A stretch of DNA of 64,000 bases from Solirubrobacterales bacterium (GCA_038203635.1 JBBRDT010000004.1:4154-68153); one strand, 5' to 3'; positions 9,585 to 20,037 are shown, counted from the stretch's first letter. Notes: generated from the letters alone by a model not told the origin. Made by a program: numbers and translations.

Positions 9585-10895
9585 ATGCAGAAGACCAAGG
9601 TCCTCTACGTCCTCCACAACCACCCGGCGCTCTTCCCGGGCGGGGCCGAGGCGTACGCGCTGGAGCTGTACGAGACCCTGCGGGACTCCACCGAGTTCGA
9701 GCCGCTGCTGGTGGCGCGCATCGGTTCCAACGTCTCGTCGTCGCGTGCGTCGCACCCTGGTGCTCCGTTCAGCGCCGTCGGGGACGATCCCAACCAGTAC
9801 TTCCTCTACACCCAGACGGACGACTTCGACTTCTTCACGATGACCTCCCGCGACAAGAACCTCTACACGCAGTACATCGCGGAGTTCATCCGCGCCCACA
9901 AGCCCGACATCGTGCACTTCCAGCACACGCTCTTCATCGGATATGACCTCGTGTCGGCAGTCCGGCGCATGCTTCCGGATGCGCCGATCTTCTACACCCT
10001 GCACGAGTTCATCCCCATCTGCCATCGCGACGGCCAGATGTTCCGGACCAACGGCGAGCTATGCACCCACGCATCGCCAAGACGCTGCAACGAGTGCTTC
10101 CCGGCCATACCCCCGCAGGACTTCTTCCTGCGAGAGCGCTTCATCAAGCTGCACCTCGACAACGTCGACATGTTCCTCGCTCCCAGCCGATTCCTGCTCG
10201 AGCGGTACGTCGACTGGGGCATCCCGCGTGAGCGCATCCGCTTCGAGGACTACGGACGCATCCGCGGCAATCATTCCGTCGCGTCGGTGCCGCCCCCCGA
10301 CGGTGCACGCAACCGCATCGGGTTCTTCGGCCAGCTGAACTACTTCAAGGGCGTGGACGTGCTGCTGCAGGCAATGGCACAGCTCGGCGACCGTGAGGTC
10401 GACGCGCACCTGTGGCTGCACGGCGCCAACCTCGAGCTGCAGCCGCAGTACTTCCGCGACGACTTCGGCGTGCTGCTCGACAAGATCACGGACGGCCCGA
10501 ACAACGTGACCCTGGCCGGCAAGTACGTGCACGACGACCTGCCGCGCCTGATGGAGGAGGTCGACTGGGTCGTCGTTCCATCCCGCTGGTGGGAGAACTC
10601 GCCGCTCGTGATCCAGGAGGCGTTCCAGCACCAGCGGCCCGTCATCTGCAGCGACATCGGCGGCATGGCGGAGAAGGTGACCGACGGCGTCGACGGCCTG
10701 CACTTCCGCGCCGGCGACCCGCGCAGCCTGGCGCGTGTGCTCGAGCGCGCAACGACCACGCCGGCGCTGTGGGAATCGCTGCGCGCCGGCATTCCCGACG
10801 TCTACGACATGCAGAGCCACGTGGCGAGCCTGCGCACCCTGTACCGGGAGCAGCTGGAAGGTCGCCTCCCGCGCTCGCGAGAGCTCGCGACGTGA
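9585..10895 (+). CDS. GT4 family glycosyltransferase
   Basis: HNHP...GGAE, YFKGVD, PSRWWENSPLVIQEA, SDIGGMAE. Confidence 0.92.
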   Translation: MQKTKVLYVLHNHPALFPGGAEAYALELYETLRDSTEFEPLLVARIGSNVSSSRASHPGAPFSAVGDDPNQYFLYTQTDDFDFFTMTSRDKNLYTQYIAEFIRAHKPDIVHFQHTLFIGYDLVSAVRRMLPDAPIFYTLHEFIPICHRDGQMFRTNGELCTHASPRRCNECFPAIPPQDFFLRERFIKLHLDNVDMFLAPSRFLLERYVDWGIPRERIRFEDYGRIRGNHSVASVPPPDGARNRIGFFGQLNYFKGVDVLLQAMAQLGDREVDAHLWLHGANLELQPQYFRDDFGVLLDKITDGPNNVTLAGKYVHDDLPRLMEEVDWVVVPSRWWENSPLVIQEAFQHQRPVICSDIGGMAEKVTDGVDGLHFRAGDPRSLARVLERATTTPALWESLRAGIPDVYDMQSHVASLRTLYREQLEGRLPRSRELAT

Positions 10896-12688
10896 GCTCG
10901 TCGGGCCTTCACGCCGTTTGGCTCAGCAACCGTGCCATCCTGCTGGCCGGGGGCGTGGACGAGCGCGATCCGGCGACCGTCGGCGACACCGTGCTGGACG
11001 CGGCGACCATGGCTTACGACACGAACGGGACCGGAGGCGTGGTGGTCGGGCACCTACCGCCGGGCGCGGGCGGAGGGGGCGAGCCCGCTGTCGTGACGAT
11101 GGGCCGCCTGTCGGCGCACGCGACGGAGCTCGAGCTCGGCGATTCCGCCCTGCAGGCGCTGATCCGCAACGAGCTGAGCGGCCTGGACGCCGCGCAGCGC
11201 GCGCGCGTACTCGAGTTCATCCTGACCTCGGTCGCCGGCGACCTGCGCAGCCCCGGGGCCATCACCCTCGCAGGCCGGCTCGCGCGCGTGCGCGACGGAC
11301 TGCGAGAGCAGCTGCCCCGCGCGGTCGCGACCGACGACGACCCGTACGCCGTCGACATCGAGGCGATCTACGCCCTCGACCAGGAGTCGTTCTGGATCCG
11401 TGGCTGGATACACGACGCCGATCACACCGTCGCGTCGCTGGTGGCCGTCTCTCCCGAAGGAGCCCGCGCGGACCTGCTGAGCGACGCCTACCGGCACGAG
11501 CGGCTGGACATCCAGGAGCGCTACGCCGCCTTCGTCGACGCGGCGGACGAACGGCACGGCTTCTTGACCCTGCTGTCACTCGCTGCGCCCAGCCATCTTG
11601 CGAACGGCTGGATCGTGGAGCTGCGCACGTCGAGCGGCGCGGTCCTGGAGGTCGAGGCGCCCGCGGTCGAACGTAGGGTCGAACGCGTACGGGCCCACCT
11701 GCTCCACGACATGGCCGCGGAGCGCCCGGGCAGTGACGCGCTCGTGGCCGGCCACGTCCACCCGGCACTGCAACGGATCCAAGCACGGCTCGAGGCAGCG
11801 GTGAAGATCGAGACCGTGATCGAGATCGGGGACCGCATCCCGCAGGCGCCGGAGGTGACCGTGATCGTGCCCCTCTACAAGAGGATCGACTTCGTCGAGC
11901 ACCAGCTCGCTCACTTCGCGCGCGATCCCGAGCTGGCCGCAGCCGACATCCTGTACGTCCTGGACTCGCCCGAGATCGCGGACAACCTGCTTGACTCGGC
12001 GCACGCCCTCAGCGTCCTGCACGGAGTCTCCCTGCGCATCGCCGTGATGACCCACAACACCGGCTACTCGGGCGCGAACAACGCCGGTGTCTCGGTCGCG
12101 CGTGGCGGGCGGATCGTGCTGCTGAACTCCGACGTGATACCCGACCGCCCCGGATGGCTCGGCAAGATGTCAGCGTTCTACGATGCGACCCCGGGCATCG
12201 GCGCGCTCGGGCCCAAGCTCCTCTACGAAGACGACTCCCTGCAGCACGCGGGGATGTACTTCTACCGGGACAACGGCGGCCTCGTGTGGGCCAACCACCA
12301 CTACTTCAAGGGGATGCACCGGAGCTTTGCGGCCGCGAACGTTGCGCGCGCCGTGCCGGCCGTGACCGCGGCGTGCATGATGATCGACCGCGATCTGTAC
12401 GACCAGGCGGGCGGGTTGTCGCACGCCTATGTCCAGGGCGGGTACGAAGACTCCGATCTCTGCCTGCGCCTGATCGAGATGGGACGGGAGAACTGGTACA
12501 TGCCGGGGGCCGAGCTCTACCACCTGGAGGCACAGTCCTTCACGGCCGAGCGCAGGAAGCCGGCCGCCGCGTACAACGTGTGGCTGCACACCAGGACGTG
12601 GAACGACCGCATCGAGAGCGTCACCAGGGAGTACGGCCGGCATCCGCTGGCCGGCAAGGACTCGGCCCTCGCCGAGCCCTCGCGATGA
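10892..12688 (+). CDS. GT2 glycosyltransferase with long N-terminal extension
   Basis: GTGA overlap start; VIVPLY, LLNSDV, QHAG, AVTAAC, YEDSDLCL, HLEAQS. Confidence 0.85.
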   Translation: MSSSGLHAVWLSNRAILLAGGVDERDPATVGDTVLDAATMAYDTNGTGGVVVGHLPPGAGGGGEPAVVTMGRLSAHATELELGDSALQALIRNELSGLDAAQRARVLEFILTSVAGDLRSPGAITLAGRLARVRDGLREQLPRAVATDDDPYAVDIEAIYALDQESFWIRGWIHDADHTVASLVAVSPEGARADLLSDAYRHERLDIQERYAAFVDAADERHGFLTLLSLAAPSHLANGWIVELRTSSGAVLEVEAPAVERRVERVRAHLLHDMAAERPGSDALVAGHVHPALQRIQARLEAAVKIETVIEIGDRIPQAPEVTVIVPLYKRIDFVEHQLAHFARDPELAAADILYVLDSPEIADNLLDSAHALSVLHGVSLRIAVMTHNTGYSGANNAGVSVARGGRIVLLNSDVIPDRPGWLGKMSAFYDATPGIGALGPKLLYEDDSLQHAGMYFYRDNGGLVWANHHYFKGMHRSFAAANVARAVPAVTAACMMIDRDLYDQAGGLSHAYVQGGYEDSDLCLRLIEMGRENWYMPGAELYHLEAQSFTAERRKPAAAYNVWLHTRTWNDRIESVTREYGRHPLAGKDSALAEPSR

Positions 12689-14034
12689 CGAGGCATCCCG
12701 CACGCGAAAGAATCTCCGTGCCACTCTGCGAGATCGACAGCGTGCGACCCGGGGCAGACGCGGACCACCTCACATCCGCGGCGGTGGAGGCACCGTCCGC
12801 CGGCGACCGGCTGGCGACGTGGACGTTGCCCGTCACGGGGTGGGCGATCGGCCGCCGCTCGCGCGCGCGGCAGGTGCGGGTCAGCCAGGGCGCCGCGCGC
12901 TGGACCCTGCCGGTGCACGACCACCGGGCCGACGTCGCCGATCGCCATCCCGGCCACGAATGGGCTCGCCACTCAGGGTTCTCCGGCGCCGTCAACACGC
13001 TGCGGCTGCGGCCGCGTTTCGCGCTCGACGTCACCGCGGAGCTCGAAGACGGCGCCGAGACCCGCCTCGGAACGGTCACCGGCCACCGCGCGCCACTGCG
13101 GTCCGGCTACGAGCCGGAGCTCCAACCCCTGGTCGTGACGACACTCGGCCGCACGGGCTCCACATGGCTGATCCACCTGCTCGCGAGCCACCCGTCGGTG
13201 ACCGCCTACCGGCCGTTCTCCTTCGAGCCCCGCGCGGCCACGTACTGGATCGACATCCTCACGAGCCTCGCCGAGCCGGCGTCCTATACGCAGCAGGTGG
13301 AGGGGGAGGTGCGCTATCCGGGCCCATGGTGGCTGGGGTCGGGCACGCGCATGACCTCGGAGCTGCTGCCGGACGAGGAGCTTTCGCGCTGGCTCGGATC
13401 GGCGCATGTCTCCGAGCTGGCCGCGTTCGCGCAGCAGCGCATCGACGCCGTGTACCTGCGCGTGGCCGCGCTCGATGAAGACCGTCCGGAGTTCTTCGCC
13501 GAGAAGTGCCTGCCGGAGCACAACGTGCCCCAGCTGCTGCACGAGCTCTACCCGGAGGGGCGCGAGATCTTCCTGGTGCGCGACTTCCGGGACATGCTCT
13601 GCTCGATCCGCTCGTTCAACGAGAAGCGCGGGAACGCCGCGTTCGGTTACGACGGCCCCATCGCGGAGGAGTCGTACGTGCTGGACGTGCTCGCGCCATC
13701 GGTTGAGAATCTCCTCGATGAGTGGCGCGACCGTGCCGGCAGTGCCCAGCTGGTGAGGTACGAGGACCTGATCCTGAACCCGGCACAGACGCTGCGCGGC
13801 CTGCTCGGTCAAATCGGTGTCGACTCCTCCGAGGAACGCGTCGACGACATGCTCGCGCGGGCTGCGGAGTCGATCCCCGGCATGGCGGTGCACAGGACCA
13901 CCAGCGGCGGGCCACAGGCGTCGATCGGGCGCTGGCGACGCGACCTCGAGCCGCCCCTGCAGAAGGTGTGCGAAGAGGTGTTCGCGGGAGCTCTTGCCGA
14001 ATTCGGGTACGAGGCGGGCGGGGCGGCGAGATGA
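12685..14034 (+). CDS. PAPS-dependent sulfotransferase (paralogue 1) with N-terminal beta-rich domain
   Basis: ATGA overlap; 5'-PSB loop TLGRTGST, LVRDFRD, RYEDL, SIGRWR. Confidence 0.88.
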   Translation: MTRHPARERISVPLCEIDSVRPGADADHLTSAAVEAPSAGDRLATWTLPVTGWAIGRRSRARQVRVSQGAARWTLPVHDHRADVADRHPGHEWARHSGFSGAVNTLRLRPRFALDVTAELEDGAETRLGTVTGHRAPLRSGYEPELQPLVVTTLGRTGSTWLIHLLASHPSVTAYRPFSFEPRAATYWIDILTSLAEPASYTQQVEGEVRYPGPWWLGSGTRMTSELLPDEELSRWLGSAHVSELAAFAQQRIDAVYLRVAALDEDRPEFFAEKCLPEHNVPQLLHELYPEGREIFLVRDFRDMLCSIRSFNEKRGNAAFGYDGPIAEESYVLDVLAPSVENLLDEWRDRAGSAQLVRYEDLILNPAQTLRGLLGQIGVDSSEERVDDMLARAAESIPGMAVHRTTSGGPQASIGRWRRDLEPPLQKVCEEVFAGALAEFGYEAGGAAR

Positions 14035-15344
14035 CGCTCAGCGAGATCTCGGCGGTCGAGATGCACGCCGTGGACGGCGAGGACCTGTGGGGCTTCCACC
14101 TCGACGCGCCCGAAGCCGGAGCTGTGCACGACGCGTACGCGTTCGACGTCCGGGGCTGGGCGCTGGGTCGCAGGGCCAAGGTGACCTCAGTCGAGTTGAA
14201 GGACGGGCCACGACTGCTGTGGCGCGTCCCCACGCAGATCGCGCGGAAGGAGCTGTCCGGCCGGTATCCCCTTGCGGAGGGCACCGACGCGGCAGGGTTC
14301 TTCACGATCGTGAACTCGCTGAACCTGAGCCGGGAGTTCGAGGTTCTCGTCCGGGCGCGGCTCGACGACGCGTCGCGCGTCGACCTGGCCACTCTGCACG
14401 GTCACAGAGAGCCGCTGCGCACCGGCTTCGAGCCGGGGATCGATCCCCTGATGGTCACGACTCTGGGGCGCACGGGATCGACCATCCTCATGAAGGTGCT
14501 CGCGACCCACCCCGACATCGTGGCCTGCCCGCCGTTCGAGCACGAGCCCCGCGTCGCCACCTACTGGCTGGGGGTGATGACCACGCTCACAGACCCGGTC
14601 AGCTACCGGCGCCAGATCAACCCCACCGGGAGCATCGACGGGACGTGGTGGACCGGCAAGGAGCCGCCGCTGCCGCGGCGCTCGAAGGATGCTCGGCTCG
14701 CGCACTGGCTGGACGTGGATGCGGTGAGCCAGGTCGCGGAGTTCTGCCAGAGCCGGATCGAGGCCGTCTATCGAGAGATCGCGGCGGGGGCCGGGACCCC
14801 GGCGCCACGTTTCTTCGCGGAGAAGTACCGCGTCGACCGCATCCCGGAGATGATGTGGGAGCTCTACCCCCGCGCGCGCGAGGTCATCCTGGTCCGCGAC
14901 TTCCGGGACATGGTCGCGTCGATGTTCGCGTACAACGTCAAGCGCGGCCGGGAGGGCTTCCGCCGAGACCGCTTCGACGACGACGCGCAATACGTGGTCA
15001 AGCAGATCAAGGAGAGCGTTGCTGCGCTGGCGACCGCCTGGGAAGCCCGCCGGGACAGCGCGCACCTGATCCGGTACGAGGACCTCGTTATCGACCCCGA
15101 GAACACGATCGCGTCCCTGCTGCGCTACCTCGGCCTCGACGCGGACACACACGCGGACGCGATGGCGGCGGCGCTGTCAGCGCGCGATCCCGAGACCGAA
15201 TGGCATCGCACCACGCCCGACCCGCGTGCGTCCATCGGGCGCTGGAGGGACGACCTCTCCGAGGAGGCCCGCCGTGCATGCGAACAGGTCCTTGGACCCG
15301 AGCTGCGGGCCTTCGGGTACCCGCTCGAGGAAGTGAGGGTCTAG
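14031..15344 (+). CDS. PAPS-dependent sulfotransferase (paralogue 2)
   Basis: ATGA overlap; TLGRTGST, LVRDFRD, RYEDL, SIGRWR. Confidence 0.88.
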   Translation: MTLSEISAVEMHAVDGEDLWGFHLDAPEAGAVHDAYAFDVRGWALGRRAKVTSVELKDGPRLLWRVPTQIARKELSGRYPLAEGTDAAGFFTIVNSLNLSREFEVLVRARLDDASRVDLATLHGHREPLRTGFEPGIDPLMVTTLGRTGSTILMKVLATHPDIVACPPFEHEPRVATYWLGVMTTLTDPVSYRRQINPTGSIDGTWWTGKEPPLPRRSKDARLAHWLDVDAVSQVAEFCQSRIEAVYREIAAGAGTPAPRFFAEKYRVDRIPEMMWELYPRAREVILVRDFRDMVASMFAYNVKRGREGFRRDRFDDDAQYVVKQIKESVAALATAWEARRDSAHLIRYEDLVIDPENTIASLLRYLGLDADTHADAMAAALSARDPETEWHRTTPDPRASIGRWRDDLSEEARRACEQVLGPELRAFGYPLEEVRV

Positions 15345-15357
15345 TGGCCCACTGCTC

Positions 15358-15978
15358 ATGGTGATCGGGAAGGACTTTGCCTGGGCGCACCTACCGAAGA
15401 CGGGTGGGGACGCAACCCTCTCGATGTTCAGGGTGTTCATCGACCTGGTCGAGTTTGCCGATCGCGAGGACTCCAACGACAAGCACGCGAACTTTCGCGG
15501 GCGCGCGCAGCGGATTCGCGGCAAGCTGTTGGTGATGAACATCCGGCGCCTTCCCGCGTGGGTCCTGAGCCGCGCCCAGCACGTCTCGCGCCGGGGCATG
15601 TACCCCGACTACGAGCCCATACCGATGGCCAGGGCAAACGACCTCGCGGACAGCTCCTTTCCCGACAGCCGCCTGATGCTCCACACCGACGACGGCTGGT
15701 TCTGGCCGGATCACTGGCTGCGAGTGGAGACGCTCGCGGCCGACTTCCTCGACTTCGTGTCCGACCTGCGGGACGTGAGCGACAGCGAGCGCAAACGCGT
15801 GATGGCCCTGGGACCGGTCAACTCGGCGGAGTACGACCACCAGCTGGCGCGCTGGTTCACCCCCGAGCAGGTCCGGCGCATGTACCTCAACAACCCCTCC
15901 TGGGCCACTCTCGAGCAGGAGCTGTACGGCGACCTCTACGAGCTGGAGGACGAGGTGGAAATCCGGAGGGTCTCCTGA
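15358..15978 (+). CDS. Sulfotransferase-family protein (Sulfotransfer_2-like)
   Basis: N-terminal AHLPKTGG motif (H-x-P-K-T-G-G), I-R-x-x-x-x-W-x-x-S, LRVETL. Confidence 0.65.
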   Translation: MVIGKDFAWAHLPKTGGDATLSMFRVFIDLVEFADREDSNDKHANFRGRAQRIRGKLLVMNIRRLPAWVLSRAQHVSRRGMYPDYEPIPMARANDLADSSFPDSRLMLHTDDGWFWPDHWLRVETLAADFLDFVSDLRDVSDSERKRVMALGPVNSAEYDHQLARWFTPEQVRRMYLNNPSWATLEQELYGDLYELEDEVEIRRVS

Positions 15979-17318
15979 TGGCCGTCTGGGAGATCCTCGA
16001 GCTGGTCGAGCCCAAGGAGTCCGAGGAGCACCTCCGGACCTGGTTCATCGAGGTCCCGCGCCGCAGCCCGGAGGACGTGCTCGCGCGGGGCGACCGGTTC
16101 ACGATCGACATCAAGGGCTGGGTGGTGGGCCGCCACGCGCGGGCGACCGCGGTCGAACTCATCTACCACGACCAGCTCGTGCACACGTCGCCGGTGCGGG
16201 GAGCGCGGCCCGACCTCGTGCCGGCCTTCCCCGATCTCGACCCCGAGCTCGACATGCACTTCCATTCGATGGTCGGCATCGTCGGGATGCGGCCCGAGTT
16301 CGAGCTCGAGGTCCGGGCCGTGCTCGAGAACGGGATGCGGGTGCCGATGGCGCACATGCGCGTGCGACACCAGCCACTGCGCACCGGCTACGACCCCGTG
16401 CTCCGTCCCATCGCCGTGACCTGCCTCGGCCGCAGCGGAACGACCTGGCTCATGCGCATGCTGAGGCATCACCCCGACGTAGTGGTGTACGACCGCTACC
16501 CGTACGAGCAGGGCTTTGCCAAGTACTGGATGCACATGCTGCGCGTGCTTTCGCAGCCTGCCGACCACATCAACTCGGCCGAAAACGAAAGCTTCTACAA
16601 CGAGATCTTCGAACTCGGCTACAACCCTTTCTACGACGTGGTCGTATCGCAGCAGAAGGAGGCACGCGAATGGCTCGGCCGCGAATACGTCGAGCAGCTC
16701 GGCCGGTTCTGCCAGTCCAGCATTGACGGCCTTTACACGACCATCGCCGCGGCGCAGGGTCAAGGGCCACCGAAATTCTTCGCGGAGAAGCATCAATGGC
16801 CCAACTATGTCCCGGTGCTGATGTGGGAGCTGTACCCGCAGGCGAAGGAGATCTTCCTGGTGCGTGACTTCCGCGACATGGTGTTCTCGATCCTCGCGTT
16901 CGATCGCAAGCGCGGATACTCCGGCTTCGGGCGTCCCGAGGGAGTCAACGACGAGGAGTACGTGCGCACAGAGCTGCACAAGATGGCGGTTAACCTGCGC
17001 AAGAGCTGGATGACCCGTAAGGATCGGGCGCACTTGGTGCGCTACGAGGACCTGGTCCACAAGCCGACCGAGACGGCTCGTGCAGTCCTCGAGTATCTGG
17101 AGCTGGACGCCTCGGATGAACAAGTCATGCGGTTGCTTGCGGCCGGCTCGGAGGACACCGACGAGCTGCGCCAGCACCGTACGTCCCAGAAGGCCGAGGA
17201 GTCGATCGGGCGGTGGCGGCATGAGGGCGATGAGCACCTCCGCGAGCTCTGCAACGAGGTGTTCGGCGACATCCTCGGCGACTTCGGGTATTCCGACGTT
17301 GGCTACGTCGGCCAGTAG
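15978..17318 (+). CDS. PAPS-dependent sulfotransferase (paralogue 3)
   Basis: TGATG overlap; CLGRSGTT, LVRDFRD, RYEDL, SIGRWR. Confidence 0.88.
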   Translation: MAVWEILELVEPKESEEHLRTWFIEVPRRSPEDVLARGDRFTIDIKGWVVGRHARATAVELIYHDQLVHTSPVRGARPDLVPAFPDLDPELDMHFHSMVGIVGMRPEFELEVRAVLENGMRVPMAHMRVRHQPLRTGYDPVLRPIAVTCLGRSGTTWLMRMLRHHPDVVVYDRYPYEQGFAKYWMHMLRVLSQPADHINSAENESFYNEIFELGYNPFYDVVVSQQKEAREWLGREYVEQLGRFCQSSIDGLYTTIAAAQGQGPPKFFAEKHQWPNYVPVLMWELYPQAKEIFLVRDFRDMVFSILAFDRKRGYSGFGRPEGVNDEEYVRTELHKMAVNLRKSWMTRKDRAHLVRYEDLVHKPTETARAVLEYLELDASDEQVMRLLAAGSEDTDELRQHRTSQKAEESIGRWRHEGDEHLRELCNEVFGDILGDFGYSDVGYVGQ

Positions 17319-17332
17319 GCGACAGGCCTGAC

Positions 17333-18490
17333 GTGCCCACCTTGTTGGTCGGCGGCTCGGTCGCGCAACGCCCGGGCAGCGGAGGGCACACCTGGGTCTT
17401 CCTGCAGTACCTGCTCGGCTTCCGGCGCCTCGGCTACGACGCCGTGCTCGTGGACCGGCTGGAGCCGGACATGTGCCTCGACGAGAGCGGTCAGCCGTGT
17501 GAGCCCGAGCGCTCGGTGAACGTGAGGTACACCGCGGAGGTGATGGCGCGCTTCGGGCTCGGCGACCGCTGGGCGGTGCTCGTCGACGGCGGGGCCCGCG
17601 CGCTGGGCATGAGCCGCGCGGCAGTCGAACGCGCGGCGGACGAGGCGGAACTGATCCTGAACGTGAACGGCTTCGTCGACGATCCGGACGTGATGTCGCG
17701 CGTGGGGCTGCGCGCGTACCTCGACATCGATCCCGGGTTCGGGCAGATGTGGAGGGCGCTCGACCTGCACGACATGTTCACCGGCCACGAAGCGTTCGTG
17801 ACCATCGGCGAACGCATCGGAGCAGCGGACTGCACCGTCCCCGCCTGCGGCCTCGACTGGATCACGACACCCCAGCCGGTGGTGCTGGGCGAGTGGGAGG
17901 CACAGCCGCCGGCGCCGGACGGCAGCTTCACCTCCGTCGCGAGCTGGCGCGGGCCCTTTGCCCCGATCGAGTACGAGGGCGTGACCTACGGCCTGCGCGT
18001 GCACGAGTTCCGCCGTTTTGCCGAGCTGCCGCGCCGCTCGAACGAGCGGTTCGAGGTGGCGCTGGACATCCACGAGGCCGAGACGGCAGACCTCGACCTG
18101 CTGGCCGCGAACGGCTGGCGCCTGGCCGACCCAATTCTGGCTGCGGGCGATCCCTGGGCCTACCGCGAGTACGTGCAGCGCTCCAAGGCCGAGCTGATGG
18201 TGGCGAAGGGCATGTACGTGAAGAGCCGCAGCGGCTGGATGAGCGATCGCAGCATCTGCTATCTCGCCAGCGGCCGGCCCGTCGTGGCTCAGGAGACCGG
18301 GTTCTCGGAGCTGTACCCGGCCGGGTCCGGCCTGCTCGCCTTCGACGATCTCGACGGTGCGGTGTCGTGCGCCGAGCAGGTCGCAGAAGACTACGCGCGC
18401 CACAGCCGAGCGGCCCGCGAGGTAGCCGAGGAGCACTTCGACTCGGACAAGGTCCTGCGGCGGCTCCTGAATGAGCTTGGGATACCCTAG
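17333..18490 (+). CDS. Unusual GT-B-like putative glycosyltransferase (paralogue 2 of 4)
   Basis: GGHTWVFLQYLLG, YLDIDPGF, GWMSDRSICYLASGRPVVAQETGF. Confidence 0.75.
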   Translation: MPTLLVGGSVAQRPGSGGHTWVFLQYLLGFRRLGYDAVLVDRLEPDMCLDESGQPCEPERSVNVRYTAEVMARFGLGDRWAVLVDGGARALGMSRAAVERAADEAELILNVNGFVDDPDVMSRVGLRAYLDIDPGFGQMWRALDLHDMFTGHEAFVTIGERIGAADCTVPACGLDWITTPQPVVLGEWEAQPPAPDGSFTSVASWRGPFAPIEYEGVTYGLRVHEFRRFAELPRRSNERFEVALDIHEAETADLDLLAANGWRLADPILAAGDPWAYREYVQRSKAELMVAKGMYVKSRSGWMSDRSICYLASGRPVVAQETGFSELYPAGSGLLAFDDLDGAVSCAEQVAEDYARHSRAAREVAEEHFDSDKVLRRLLNELGIP

Positions 18491-18496
18491 GCCGCC

Positions 18497-19078
18497 GTGT
18501 CCCAGGAGCAGACCCAGACCCAGCAGGAGCAGCAGCCGCACAGCCGGCGGCGCCTCAACTGGGGGTGCGGCGAGTGGGCGCAGCCCGGGTGGATCAACTC
18601 CGACATGAAGGAGGACGTCGGCGTGGACATCGTCGCCGACATCCGCGACGGTCTGCCGCTCGAGTCCGACAGCATCGACTACGCGGTGTCGATCCACTCG
18701 TTGCCGGAGCTCCCTTTCTCCGAGATCGTTCCCGCCCTGGTCGAGCTGCGGCGCGTGCTGAAGCCCGGAGGGGTCCTGCGGCTGGCGCTGCCAGACCTCG
18801 ACAGGGGCATCGAGGCGTATCACCGCAAGGACAGCAGCTACTTCAAGGTGCCCGATCAGGATGCGAAGAGCGTGGGCGCGAAGTTCGTGACGCAGATGGT
18901 CTGGTACGGCTACTCGCGCAGCCTGTTCACGCACGAGTTCATCGAAGAGCAGCTCCAGAAGGCGGGCTTCACCCGGGTGGACCACTGCTCCTTCCGGCGG
19001 ACCGCCTGCCCGTACCCGGAGATCGTGGACCTCGACAACCGCGAGCGGGAAAGCCTCTTCGTGGAGGCGGTCAAATAG
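18497..19078 (+). CDS. Class I SAM-dependent methyltransferase (Methyltransf_11-like)
   Basis: LNWGCG motif I, ELRRVLKPGG. Confidence 0.85.
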   Translation: MSQEQTQTQQEQQPHSRRRLNWGCGEWAQPGWINSDMKEDVGVDIVADIRDGLPLESDSIDYAVSIHSLPELPFSEIVPALVELRRVLKPGGVLRLALPDLDRGIEAYHRKDSSYFKVPDQDAKSVGAKFVTQMVWYGYSRSLFTHEFIEEQLQKAGFTRVDHCSFRRTACPYPEIVDLDNRERESLFVEAVK

Positions 19079-20031
19079 CCCGGGTCCTGTTCTACCGGGA
19101 CTTCAAGCGTTTCACGGGCGGCGACCTCAAGGTCTGGGACTACTTCAACCACGTGCGCTCGGAGCCGCGCCATTCCGCGCACGTGCGCTTCAGCGCGGAG
19201 TCCGTGTGGGGTGCGGTCAACCCATGGGCTGCGGCCAAGGAATGCGTGCTCGCTCCCGGCGAGGACGTCGACATCGACGTCGTCTTCCTGTCCGGCACGG
19301 ATTGGCGGCGCGTGATCCCCGAGGACCAGCGACCGCGCTACTCCAAGCCGGTCGTCAACCTCATCCAGCACGTACGGCACGGCTGTGAGAACGACCCGCT
19401 CGGGCGGCAAATGCTCCTGCGCTACAGCGCGATCCGCATCTGCGTGAGCCCGGAGGTCGAGCAGGCAATCCTGGCGACCGGCCGGGTGCGTGGGCCGGTG
19501 TTCACGATTCCCGACGCGATCGACGTGGCGCACGTCGAACGTCTCGCCGGCTCCGGGACCCGTGACGTGGACGTGCTGGTGGCGGCGAACAAGCAGCCCG
19601 AGCTCGGCCGATCGCTCGTGCGCAGGCTCCAGGCCGCCGGCCGCGACGTGCATCTGGTTGACAGCCGCATCCCGCGCGACCGGCTGGTCGCCCTGATGGG
19701 CCGCGCGCGCGTCACCGTGATGGTCCCGAACCCGAAGGAGGGCTTCTACCTGCCCGCCATCGAGGGCATGGCGGCAGGCACGGTGGTCGTGTGTCCGGAC
19801 TGCGTCGGCAACCGCTCCTACTGCATCGACGGCGTGAACTCGTTCCGCCCCGCCTACGACGAAGATGCGATCGTAGACGCGGCCGAGCGCGCACTGGCCA
19901 GCGAGTCGCCGACCGAGGATCTGCTGCGCGCAGCGCGCGATACGGCGCGTGCCCACGACCTCGATGTGGAGCGGCGCGCCTTCCTCGACATCCTCGACCG
20001 CGTCGACGAGCTCTGGGCGGCCGCGGGCTAA
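19075..20031 (+). CDS. GT4-like glycosyltransferase; probable non-canonical ATA start
   Basis: TGGDLKV loop and EGFYLPAIEGMAAG (EX7E). ATA at 19075 overlaps the upstream TAG, with GGAGG 7 nt upstream. Confidence 0.8.
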   Translation: MARVLFYRDFKRFTGGDLKVWDYFNHVRSEPRHSAHVRFSAESVWGAVNPWAAAKECVLAPGEDVDIDVVFLSGTDWRRVIPEDQRPRYSKPVVNLIQHVRHGCENDPLGRQMLLRYSAIRICVSPEVEQAILATGRVRGPVFTIPDAIDVAHVERLAGSGTRDVDVLVAANKQPELGRSLVRRLQAAGRDVHLVDSRIPRDRLVALMGRARVTVMVPNPKEGFYLPAIEGMAAGTVVVCPDCVGNRSYCIDGVNSFRPAYDEDAIVDAAERALASESPTEDLLRAARDTARAHDLDVERRAFLDILDRVDELWAAAG

Positions 20032-20037
20032 CCGCGT

